Shown piece by piece: positions 15,089-23,409 of a DNA stretch of 24,000 bases. Under the pieces are notes generated by a model that was not told where the DNA came from, ran no database searches, and saw nothing but the letters and a program-made list of their open reading frames with translations. The DNA is from an uncultured Ilumatobacteraceae bacterium (GTDB taxonomy: Bacteria > Actinomycetota > Acidimicrobiia > Acidimicrobiales > Ilumatobacteraceae), in assembly GCA_964529005.1 (NCBI GenBank), contig CAZGUH010000012.1:57007-81006 (forward strand), given 5' to 3'. Within the stretch, counting starts at the first letter, position 1. Every line of letters begins with the position of its first letter. Made by a program: the position numbers and the translations under genes.

Positions 15089-17796
15089 CATCGACGCGCA
15101 GCACAGCAAGCGAGCACACGCTGCTGGCGACGAAACTGCATGTGCCTCGGCGCAGGCGCGACTCAGTTCGGCGGGACCGCCTGATCGATCGGCTCGCGGC
15201 GACCAGCGACGCGTCGCTGACGCTGATCTCCGCTCCCGCCGGTTTCGGGAAGACGACGCTGCTCGCCGACTGGCTCGGCGCTGAGGGCGACGGCAACGGG
15301 GCGATCGCCTGGCTCGCCTTGGACGAGTCGGACAACGATCCCGGCGCGTTCTGGATGTACGTGATCGCTGCGGTCCAGCGCGCAGCGCCCGATGTCGGGG
15401 CCGCCGCGTCGACGGTCTTGCAATCGTCGCAACCCAGCACCGCGGTCGTGGCCGCGCTCGTCAACCATCTGCACGATCATCCCGGCCGCATCGTGCTCGT
15501 CCTCGACGACTACCACGCCATCCAGTCGACCGACGTGCACGCATCGGTCGCGCACCTCGTCGATCACGCTCCGCCGTCGTTGCGTCTCGTCCTCGCCAGT
15601 CGCTCCGATCCTCCGTTCCCGCTCGCACGCCTGCGTGCGCGCAGGCAGCTGGTGGAGATCCGCGCCAGTGACCTGCGCTTCACGCACGGCGAATCAGCGA
15701 GGTACCTCAACGACACGATGGGTCTCGGGCTCGGTGACGGAGACATCGACTCGCTGGGGACGAGAACCGAGGGATGGATCGCCGCGCTCCAGCTCGCTGC
15801 GCTGTCGCTCCAGGGACGTGACGACGCGGACCGGTTCATCGCCAACTTCGCCGGAGACGACCGCTTCGTCGTCGACTACCTCGTCGAGGAGGTGCTCGAT
15901 CGTCAGCCCGATGCCACCCGGCGGTTCCTCTTGCACACCGCGGTGCTCGACCGCTTGACGGGCAGCCTCTGCGACGCGGTGACCGAATCGACCGGGGGCC
16001 GAGCGATGCTCGAGCAACTCGATCGTGCGAACCTCTTCCTCGTCCCCCTCGACGACCGGCGGTACTGGTACCGCTATCACCATCTGTTCGCCGACGTCCT
16101 GCGCGCCCGGCTGGGTGACGAGGACCCGGCGATCGTCCGCGACCTCCACCGTCGCGCCAGCCGGTGGTTCGCAGACAACGACGAGCCCGCTGCCGCGGTC
16201 GAGCACGCCATGTCCGGCCGGCACGTCGACGACGCCGCGCGCCTCATCGAACTCGCCGCGCCCGCCCTGCGCCGCACCCGCCAGGAAGGCACGCTCCGCC
16301 GATGGTTGGAAGCACTGCCCGACGAGACGTTCACCGACCGCCCCGTTCTGGCCATCGCCCTCGTGGGCGCTCGCATGGCAACCGGCGACGTCACCGGCGT
16401 CGAGCCGCTGCTCGAGATCGTGGAAGCCGCGCTCGCGCGACCGGCGGCGGCGTCCACGGTGTTCGACCGCGAGATGTTCGACGGGCTGCCCGCACAGGTC
16501 GCCGTGCAGCGCGCCGGGCTCGCCCTGCTCGGCGGCGACCTCGACGGCACGATCATGCACGCGTCGCGCGCGCTCGGGCTCGTCGCGCAGACCGATCACC
16601 TCCGCCGGGCCGCCGCCACGGCGTTGCTCGGGCTTGCCCACTGGACGGCAGGAGAGCTCGACGACGCGGTCCGGCACTACACCGATGCGATCGCCGGCCT
16701 CGTCGCCGCCGACCACCTGCCCGACATGCTCGGCTGCTCCTTGGCGCTGGGCGACATCCTGATCGCCCAAGGCAAGCTCTCTTCTGCGAAGCTCACGTTC
16801 GACAGCGGCTTGCAATGCACGATCGAGCATCCGGGTCTGCGCGGCGCGGCGGACATGCACGTGGGGTTGAGCGAGGTGCTGATCGAACGCAACGAGCTCG
16901 ACGCGGCGGCGCGCCATCTGGCGATCAGCGATGAGCTCGGCGAGTCCGCCGGCCTTCCGCAATACGCCTACCGCTGGCGCGTCGTCATGGCCCGGCTGTG
17001 TCGCGCCCGGGGAGACCTCGAGCGCGCGCTCCAGCTGATCGACGAAGCAGCCCCGCGATACGACACCGATTTCTCACCGCCCGTCCGCCCCATCGCCGCG
17101 ATCCGCGCCCGCGTCCAACTCGGCGGCGAAGACCTCGGCGGGGCGCTCGCCTGGGCAGCCGCGAGCGGGCTCACACCCGGCGACGAGTTGAGCTACGTGC
17201 GCGAGTACGAACACATCACGCTCGCCCGCGCCCTCATCGCCCGCCACGACACCGAGCGCGCCTCCACCATCGACGACGCGATCGCGCTGCTCGACCGCCT
17301 TCTGGCTGCCGCGCTCACCGGTGGCCGAACGGGAAGCGCGATCGAGATCCTCATCCTCCAGGCCGCCGCTCGCCACGCCGCGGGCGACACGCCGGCTGCC
17401 GTCGCCGCGCTGGAGGACGCGCTGGGGCGCGCCGAGCCCGAGGGTCATGTCCGAATGTTCCTCCACGCTGGGCCAACAGTGACCGCGCTCCTCCGGTCCA
17501 TCGCGTCCCGCCGGTCGGCCACACCGCACGCCCGCCGTGTTCTGGCCGCAGTGGACGCGACCGCCGAACCGGCAACGGCCCCAGCGCCACCCGCCGCCAC
17601 GCTGATCGACCCGTTGAGCGCGCGCGAACTCGACGTGCTGCGTCTGCTGCGCACGGACCTCAGTGGCCCGGCCATCGCCCGAGAGCTCCACGTCTCGCTG
17701 AACACGTTGCGAACCCACACGAAGAACATCTTCACCAAGCTCGACGCCACCAGCCGGCGCGAAGCGCTGCGCCGCGCCGCAGAGCTCGGCCTCTGA
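15085..17796 (+). CDS. LAL-type regulator (large ATP-binding LuxR family; MalT-like STAND NTPase + TPR-like repeats + LuxR HTH)
   Basis: 903 aa. Walker A is LISAPAGFGKTTLL and Walker B is IVLVLDDYH. A long helical-repeat middle region follows. The C-terminal LuxR HTH is LSARELDVLRLLRTDLSGPAIARELHVSLNTLRTHTKNIFTKL. ATG 15085 overlaps the XRE stop (ATGA). Confidence 0.9.
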   Translation: MTSTRSTASEHTLLATKLHVPRRRRDSVRRDRLIDRLAATSDASLTLISAPAGFGKTTLLADWLGAEGDGNGAIAWLALDESDNDPGAFWMYVIAAVQRAAPDVGAAASTVLQSSQPSTAVVAALVNHLHDHPGRIVLVLDDYHAIQSTDVHASVAHLVDHAPPSLRLVLASRSDPPFPLARLRARRQLVEIRASDLRFTHGESARYLNDTMGLGLGDGDIDSLGTRTEGWIAALQLAALSLQGRDDADRFIANFAGDDRFVVDYLVEEVLDRQPDATRRFLLHTAVLDRLTGSLCDAVTESTGGRAMLEQLDRANLFLVPLDDRRYWYRYHHLFADVLRARLGDEDPAIVRDLHRRASRWFADNDEPAAAVEHAMSGRHVDDAARLIELAAPALRRTRQEGTLRRWLEALPDETFTDRPVLAIALVGARMATGDVTGVEPLLEIVEAALARPAAASTVFDREMFDGLPAQVAVQRAGLALLGGDLDGTIMHASRALGLVAQTDHLRRAAATALLGLAHWTAGELDDAVRHYTDAIAGLVAADHLPDMLGCSLALGDILIAQGKLSSAKLTFDSGLQCTIEHPGLRGAADMHVGLSEVLIERNELDAAARHLAISDELGESAGLPQYAYRWRVVMARLCRARGDLERALQLIDEAAPRYDTDFSPPVRPIAAIRARVQLGGEDLGGALAWAAASGLTPGDELSYVREYEHITLARALIARHDTERASTIDDAIALLDRLLAAALTGGRTGSAIEILILQAAARHAAGDTPAAVAALEDALGRAEPEGHVRMFLHAGPTVTALLRSIASRRSATPHARRVLAAVDATAEPATAPAPPAATLIDPLSARELDVLRLLRTDLSGPAIARELHVSLNTLRTHTKNIFTKLDATSRREALRRAAELGL

Positions 17797-17865
17797 AGCC
17801 CTCACCGAAGCGAGCCCGGGCGCAGGGCGGCGGCGATGCGTGTGCGTCGACCTGCATCTTCGCGG

Positions 17866-17912
17866 AATCACCAGGTGTAATCACCACATGATGTGAGGCG
17901 CGCTCACCAGGT
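17866..17912 (+). promoter_or_regulatory. Cluster of direct repeats upstream of the small-protein/DUF4386/ABC operon (candidate regulator binding sites)
   Basis: TCACCAGGT occurs at 17868-17876 and again at 17904-17912. AATCACCA occurs at 17866-17873 and 17879-17886. Embedded palindromes are CACC-A-GGTG (17870-17878) and CACAT-G-ATGTG (17884-17894). The patch is locally AT-richer. Confidence 0.3.
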
Positions 17913-18222
17913 CGATTCGTACGTTGCCCCCGTGACCGCACACGACCGCAGCGACGACGACACCGCCGCCATCACGCCACGCAGTCACGCCGCCGAGCAG
18001 CACTACGAGATCACCGTGAAAGGCCACCTGACTCCTCGTTGGTCGACGTGGTTCGACGGACTCCAGATCACCCGCACTGCCGACGGGACCACCGTCATCA
18101 GCGGTCCGATCGTCGACCAGGCAGCGCTGCACGGCCTGCTGCACAAGCTCCGCGACCTGGGCATCCCGCTGATCTCGCTGACGACCACACCCGCACCCGA
18201 CACCCATCCCGAAAGGCCCTGA
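17893..18222 (+). CDS. Small conserved hypothetical protein (alpha/beta, ~95-109 aa), function unknown
   Basis: From memory, the core YEITVKGHLTPRWSTWFDGLQITRTADGTTVISGPIVDQAALHGLLHKLRDLGIPLISL matches a recurrent unnamed actinobacterial small-protein family. The first possible start is GTG 17893. In-frame GTG 17932 is equally likely because the promoter repeats extend to 17912. It ends 1 nt before the next gene. Confidence 0.7.
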   Translation: MRRAHQVDSYVAPVTAHDRSDDDTAAITPRSHAAEQHYEITVKGHLTPRWSTWFDGLQITRTADGTTVISGPIVDQAALHGLLHKLRDLGIPLISLTTTPAPDTHPERP

Positions 18223-18223
18223 C

Positions 18224-18994
18224 ATGCGCTCCATCGCCACCAACCCGACCACAGCCGATGCCCCGCCGTCGATGACGCCCGCCCGCAAGGCGGCGCTCAT
18301 CGCCGGCGTCGCGTACCTCGCCACGTTCGTCTTCTCGATCCCGGTCAAGTTCGGGCTGTGGAAGGACGCGATCGACAAGCCCGACTTCATCCTCGGCGCC
18401 GGCAACGACGGCGGCATTCGCCTCGGCGCGATCTTCGAAGTGCTGACCGGGCTCGGCGGCGTCGTCTCCGCCGTCGCCCTGTATGCGGTCGCCAGGCGCT
18501 ACAGCATTCGATCCGCGCTCGGCTTCGTCACGACGAGGGTCATGGAGTCCATGGTCATCTTCGTCGGCGTGATCGCGATGCTCACGATGTACACGCTGCG
18601 CCACAACCCGGTCGGTGGCGACGACGCCATGTCCACCATGGGGCGAGCGCTGCTGGCGATCCACGACTGGACGTTCCTGCTCGGTCCCGGCCTGATGTCC
18701 GCTCTCAATGCTCTGTGCATCGCCACCGTGATGCGTCGCTCCGGCCTGCTGCCCCGATGGATCCCGACCCTCGGCCTGGTCGGCGCACCGATGCTGCTCA
18801 CGTCGAGCACGGCGGCCCTCTACGGCGTGTGGGACCAGGTGTCCGCACCGTCGATGGTCATGACGCTGCCGATCGCCGTGTGGGAGTTCTCGTTCGGTGT
18901 CTACATGACGGTCAAGGGATTCCGGACAGTGCCCGAGGCCGCCGAGACGTCCTTCGGCGCCAACACCGACGTCACCCCGGCGCTCGCCGCCTGA
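18224..18994 (+). CDS. DUF4386 domain-containing membrane protein
   Basis: 256 aa. RKAALIAGVAYLATFVFSIP...IRLGAIFEVLTGLGGVVSAVALYAVARRYS... and multiple TM helices fit the DUF4386 pattern as I remember it. GAAAGG lies upstream of ATG 18224. Confidence 0.75.
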   Translation: MRSIATNPTTADAPPSMTPARKAALIAGVAYLATFVFSIPVKFGLWKDAIDKPDFILGAGNDGGIRLGAIFEVLTGLGGVVSAVALYAVARRYSIRSALGFVTTRVMESMVIFVGVIAMLTMYTLRHNPVGGDDAMSTMGRALLAIHDWTFLLGPGLMSALNALCIATVMRRSGLLPRWIPTLGLVGAPMLLTSSTAALYGVWDQVSAPSMVMTLPIAVWEFSFGVYMTVKGFRTVPEAAETSFGANTDVTPALAA

Positions 18995-18999
18995 TCGAC

Positions 19000-19938
19000 A
19001 TGATCCAGGTCGCCCACGTCACCAAGCGATACGGGTCAACCGTCGCCGTCGACGGGCTGAGCTTCGACGTTCGGGCCGGGGAAGTCACAGGCTTCCTCGG
19101 CCCGAACGGCGCCGGCAAGTCCACCACCATGCGCATGATGGTCGGTCTCGATTCGCCCACGAGCGGCGCCGTGACCATCAACGGGAAGCGCTACGCAGAC
19201 CTCCGCCACCCGCTGCGCCACGTCGGCGCCCTGTTCGAAGCCCGCGCCATCCACCCCGGCCGCAGCGCACGCAACCACCTGCTGGCGCTGGCGCATTCGA
19301 ACGGGATCGGCCGGCGGCGAGTCGACCAGGTGCTCGAACTGGTCGGGCTGACCGACGTCGCCGGCCGCCGCGCCGGCGGCTTCTCGCTCGGCATGGGCCA
19401 GCGCCTCGGCATCGCCGCCGCGCTCCTCGGCGATCCATCCACGCTGATCCTCGACGAGCCGGTCAACGGACTCGACCCCGAAGGCATCCAGTGGATCCGT
19501 CAACTCCTGCGTTCCTTCGCCGCCGAGGGCCGCGCCGTGCTGGTGTCCAGTCACCTGATGAGCGAGATGGCCGTCACGGCCGACCGGCTGATCGTGATCG
19601 GCAAAGGCCGACTCATCACGGAAGGCACCGTCGACGACGTCGTCCGGTCGAGCACGGGCAGCCACGTCCATGTCGCCTGCGCCGAGCCTGAGGAGCTCCG
19701 TGCCCTGCTCGCGCGCGAAGGGGCAGCCGTCCACGTGAATGCCGACGGCTCCTTCCTCGTATCAGGGATCGACGCGCGTTCCATCGGAGCGATCGCTGCC
19801 GCGGCCGGCATCGCGCTCCACGAGCTGACACCACGCACCGCATCGCTCGAGGACGCCTACATGGAGCTCACCCGAGAATCAGCCGAGTACCGCACGAACC
19901 GACCACTGGCCACCGCCGGCCGAGGAGCACCGACATGA
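19000..19938 (+). CDS. ABC transporter ATP-binding protein (ABC-2/DrrA-like, with a C-terminal accessory domain)
   Basis: Start ATG 19000, in frame inside tracked ORF 18358..19938. Walker A is GPNGAGKST, the signature is FSLGMGQRLG, Walker B is LILDEPVNGLD and the H-loop is SSH. Confidence 0.9.
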   Translation: MIQVAHVTKRYGSTVAVDGLSFDVRAGEVTGFLGPNGAGKSTTMRMMVGLDSPTSGAVTINGKRYADLRHPLRHVGALFEARAIHPGRSARNHLLALAHSNGIGRRRVDQVLELVGLTDVAGRRAGGFSLGMGQRLGIAAALLGDPSTLILDEPVNGLDPEGIQWIRQLLRSFAAEGRAVLVSSHLMSEMAVTADRLIVIGKGRLITEGTVDDVVRSSTGSHVHVACAEPEELRALLAREGAAVHVNADGSFLVSGIDARSIGAIAAAAGIALHELTPRTASLEDAYMELTRESAEYRTNRPLATAGRGAPT

Positions 19939-20765
19939 CCATTTCCATGATCCACGCGTCCACCGATCGCCAGGCGCCGCCCCGGTCGATCGGCGTGCTG
20001 CTCGCAGCCACGCGGTCGGAGTGGACCAAGATGCGGTCGGTCCGATCGACGATCTGGACCGTGGTCGCGGCCATCGCGCTCGCGGTCGGGTTCGGTTCCC
20101 TCGTCACGGTCAGCCAGGTCAACGACTGGGAGTCGCTCAGCCCCGGCGAGCAGGCACGGTTCGACCCCGCGTGGCTCAGCCTCAGCGGCCTGTTCCTGGC
20201 GCAGTTGGCGATGGGCGTGCTCGGAGTGCTGATGATCACGTCCGAGTACGCCACCGGCCAGATCCGCTCCACGCTCGCGGCGACGCCACAGCGGCTCACG
20301 ATGCTGGCGGCGAAGGCATCCGCGTTCGTGGCGGTCGTCGTGGTCGCCGGGTTCGTCACGACGTGCGTGTCGTTCGTGACCGGGCAGGCCATCTTCTCGA
20401 CCAAGGGTCTCGACGTCTCGATCGGCGACCCGGGTGTCGCTCGCGCCGTCGTCGGCGGAGCGCTCTACCTGACGACGGTCGGATTGCTCGGCCTCGGAAT
20501 CGGCACGATCGTCCGCCGCACCGCGGGCGCCATCACCACCCTCGTCGCGTTGCTCCTCGTCGTCCCGATCGTGTCCGGATTCCTGCCTGCCTCGTGGAAC
20601 CACAACGTCGGCAAGTACCTGCCGGCGGGCGCCGGCATGGCGATCATCAACGTCGTGCCCGAGCCCGGATCGCTTGCCCCGTGGAGCGGCCTCGCGGTGT
20701 TCGTCGGCTATGCGGCCGCGGCTCTCGTCCTCGGCGGCGCACTCCTGCGCCGGCTGGACGTGTGA
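19935..20765 (+). CDS. ABC-2 type transporter permease
   Basis: 276 aa with about 6 TM helices. N-terminal SEWTKMRSVRSTIWTVV is typical of ABC-2 permeases. ATG 19935 overlaps the ATPase stop (ATGA). Confidence 0.85.
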   Translation: MTISMIHASTDRQAPPRSIGVLLAATRSEWTKMRSVRSTIWTVVAAIALAVGFGSLVTVSQVNDWESLSPGEQARFDPAWLSLSGLFLAQLAMGVLGVLMITSEYATGQIRSTLAATPQRLTMLAAKASAFVAVVVVAGFVTTCVSFVTGQAIFSTKGLDVSIGDPGVARAVVGGALYLTTVGLLGLGIGTIVRRTAGAITTLVALLLVVPIVSGFLPASWNHNVGKYLPAGAGMAIINVVPEPGSLAPWSGLAVFVGYAAAALVLGGALLRRLDV

Positions 20766-20788
20766 GCGACGTGAATGCCACGCGGTCG

Positions 20789-22427
20789 TCAGCGTTGGGT
20801 GTGCGCAAGGGCGCGCAGCGCGGCCTGAGCGCTGTCGGTCCCGGCCCGAAGCACCCCGTCCACCACACGCGGCAAGGCCAGCGGATTGGCACGCTTGACG
20901 CCGTCTGGCAGCAGCGCATCCGGCAGATCCTGGTAGCAGACGGGGCGCAGGAAGCGGCGGACCGCGGTGGCGCCGACCGATGTGCACGCCGCATTGGAGG
21001 TCGCCGGGAACGGGCCGCCGTGCACCATGGCGTGGCTGACCTCGACGCCGGTCGGGTAGCCGTTGGCCAGGATGCGGCCGGCCTTGCGTTCCAGCACGGG
21101 CAGCATGGATTGCGCCAGGGGGAGATCGGCGTCATCGATGACCAGCGTCGCGGTGAGCTGGCCTTCCAGGTGCTCGGCCACCGCCATCATCTGGCCGATG
21201 TCGCGGCAGGCGACGACGAGCGAGGCCGGGCCGAAGACTTCGGCCTCGAGTTCGGGCGAGGCCAGGAAGCGGTCGGCGTCCGTGCCGAAGAGGACCGGGC
21301 CCGCGGCGTTGGCCGTGGGCCGAGGGGCGTCGCTTCTGCCCAGTGTGACGACGCCGGCATGCCTGGCCAGCGCGTCGGCGCCGCGCTCGTACGCGGCGAA
21401 GATGCCCGGCGTCAACATGGTGGCCGCGTCCTTGGCTGCGACAGCCTGGGCAGCCGCCTGGCGGAAGCGTTCCAGCGCCGCACCTTCGATGCCGATGACC
21501 AAGCCCGGGTTGGTGCAGTACTGGCCCACGCCCAGCGCGAGCGAATCGACGAAGTCGCGGGCGATCGCCTCGGCACGCGCGTCCAGCGCGGCGGGCAGCA
21601 GGAACACCGGGTTGATGCTCGACATCTCGGCGTAGACGGGAATCGGCACCGGTCGGGCGTTGGCGGCGGCGACCAGCGCCAGGCCGCCACGGCGCGAGCC
21701 GGTGAAGCCGACGGCAGCGATCGCCGGATGCGTGGTGAGCGCCGTGCCGATGTCATCACCTGCGCCGAACAGCAGCGAGAACGTGCCCTCGGGCAGGCGA
21801 TGGTCGGCGACTGCGGCCTGGATCACGCGGCCGACCAACTCGGACGTGCCCGGGTGGGCATTGTGGGCCTTGACGATCACAGGGCAACCGGCGGCCAGCG
21901 CCGACGCGGTGTCACCCCCTGCGACGGAGAAGGCCAGGGGGAAAGTTGCTGGCGCCGAACACGGCGACGGGGCCCAGCGGCACGTTGGCCAGACGTAGGT
22001 CGGCGCGCGGCACCGGCTGGCGGTCGGGCTGAGCGGGGTCGATCGTGGCGTCCAGGAAGTAGCCGTCGCGGACCACGCGGGCGAACAGGCGCAACTGGTG
22101 GACGGTGCGGGCGCGTTCTGCCTGCAGGCGGGCCGGCGGCAAGCCGGTCTCCAGACGGGTGCGTTCGATCAGCGCGTCGCCGAGCGCCATGATGCCCTCG
22201 CCGATGGTCTCCAGGAATTGGGCGCGGGTCTCCAGCGGCGTGGCGCGGTACCGGTCGAAGGCCATGCGCGCCAGTTCGGCAGCGCGGGCGACGTCGTCGG
22301 ACGAGCCGGCGGGAAAGCCCGGTTCGAGGCGTTCGCCGGTGGCGGGGTTGACCGCAAACTCGGCGGCGCCGGATCCGAGAACGGCGCGGGCACCGATCAA
22401 CATGCGGCCGGTCGGGGTCATCGTCAT
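20789..22427 (-). pseudogene. Aldehyde dehydrogenase (alpha-ketoglutarate semialdehyde / 2,5-dioxovalerate dehydrogenase type) interrupted by a +1 frameshift
   Basis: Tracked ORFs 21912..22427 and 20789..21880 are the N- and C-parts of one ALDH. The upstream frame reads ...[20 protein letters not shown]. Removing one G from GGGGG at 21937-21941 gives ...[38 protein letters not shown]..., which is continuous with the downstream ORF. The catalytic EMSSINP and GQYCTNPG are intact. Confidence 0.8.
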
Positions 22428-22472
22428 CTCCGAGATCGGGGATCGGGGCTGGCAGGAGGGCTCGCGTGACGT

Positions 22473-23387
22473 CTATTGCGGGCCGAGCTTCCTGATCAGC
22501 GCGTCGAGCATGTCGAGCTCGTCGGCGGTCAGGTCGGTCAGCGGCGGCCGCACCGGGCCAGCGTCGTGCCCGACGAGCTTGGCGCCGGCTTTGACGATGC
22601 TCACGGCGTAGCCGGCCGTGCGGTTGCGGATGTCAAGGTAGGGCAGGAAGAAGTCGTCGAGCAGTCGGTTGGTGGTGTCGGAGTCCCCGGCGGCGACGGC
22701 GCGGGCGAACTCCATCGCGGTCGTGGGCACGAAGTTGAAGACGGCCGAGGAGTACACCGGCACGCCCACCGCGCGGTAGGCCGCGGCAAAGACCTCGGCG
22801 GTGGGCAGGCCGCCCAGGTACGAGAGACGGTCACCCAGCCTGCGGCGGATGCGCACCATGGCTTCGATGTCGCCCACACCGTCTTTGAGGCCGACGAGGT
22901 TCGGGCAGCGCTCGGCCAGGCGGGCCAGGCTGTCGGCCGACAGGCGCGACTGGGCGCGGTTGTAGACGATGACGCCGATCTGGACCGACGCGCAGACCTG
23001 TTCGACGTGCGCGACGATGCCGTCTTGCGTGGCCTCGGTCAGGTAGTGGGGCAGCAGCAGGATGCCCTTGGCGCCGCAGCGCTCGGCTTCCTGGGCATAC
23101 GCGATGGCCGTGCGAGTCGGGCCGCCGGCGCCGGCCAGGATCGGCACCTTGCCGGCGCACGTGTGCACGGCGGTGCGGACCACGTCCGAGAACTCCTGCG
23201 GAGCCAGCGAGAAGAACTCGCCCGTGCCGCCGGCGGCGAACAGCGCGGTGGCGTTGTACGGAGCCAGCCATTCCAGACGAGCCGCATAGGCCGTCGAGTT
23301 GAAGTCACCGGCCTGGTCGAAGTCCGTCACCGGAAAGGAGAGCAGACCTTCGGACAGGATCTCCTTGAGCTCCTGGGGGCTGGTCAT
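22473..23387 (-). CDS. kdgD: 5-dehydro-4-deoxyglucarate dehydratase (DapA/NAL superfamily)
   Basis: Start ATG 23387 ([24 protein letters not shown]...). Blocks [27 protein letters not shown] and [10 protein letters not shown] are characteristic KdgD blocks as I remember them. Length is 304 aa. Confidence 0.9.
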   Translation of the reverse strand: MTSPQELKEILSEGLLSFPVTDFDQAGDFNSTAYAARLEWLAPYNATALFAAGGTGEFFSLAPQEFSDVVRTAVHTCAGKVPILAGAGGPTRTAIAYAQEAERCGAKGILLLPHYLTEATQDGIVAHVEQVCASVQIGVIVYNRAQSRLSADSLARLAERCPNLVGLKDGVGDIEAMVRIRRRLGDRLSYLGGLPTAEVFAAAYRAVGVPVYSSAVFNFVPTTAMEFARAVAAGDSDTTNRLLDDFFLPYLDIRNRTAGYAVSIVKAGAKLVGHDAGPVRPPLTDLTADELDMLDALIRKLGPQ

Positions 23388-23409
23388 CGTGTGGTGCTCC
23401 TCTGACGGT

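Noticed and set aside
15694-16962. 422-aa minus-strand ORF and several other >150-aa ORFs inside the LAL regulator gene
   Set aside because: They are antisense or out of frame to a gene with Walker A/B and LuxR HTH motifs, have junk composition, and lack start context.
21880-21941. Interpreting the two ALDH ORFs as separate genes or as a programmed frameshift
   Set aside because: The conserved block [28 protein letters not shown] is restored exactly by deleting one G of a G5 run. There is no slippery heptamer or stimulatory structure typical of programmed frameshifting. A simple indel, whether sequencing error or mutation, is the parsimonious reading.
20021-22192. 723-aa plus-strand ORF spanning the ABC permease and the ALDH
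   Set aside because: It is out of frame or antisense to two motif-verified genes, Arg/Gly-rich, with no domain signature.
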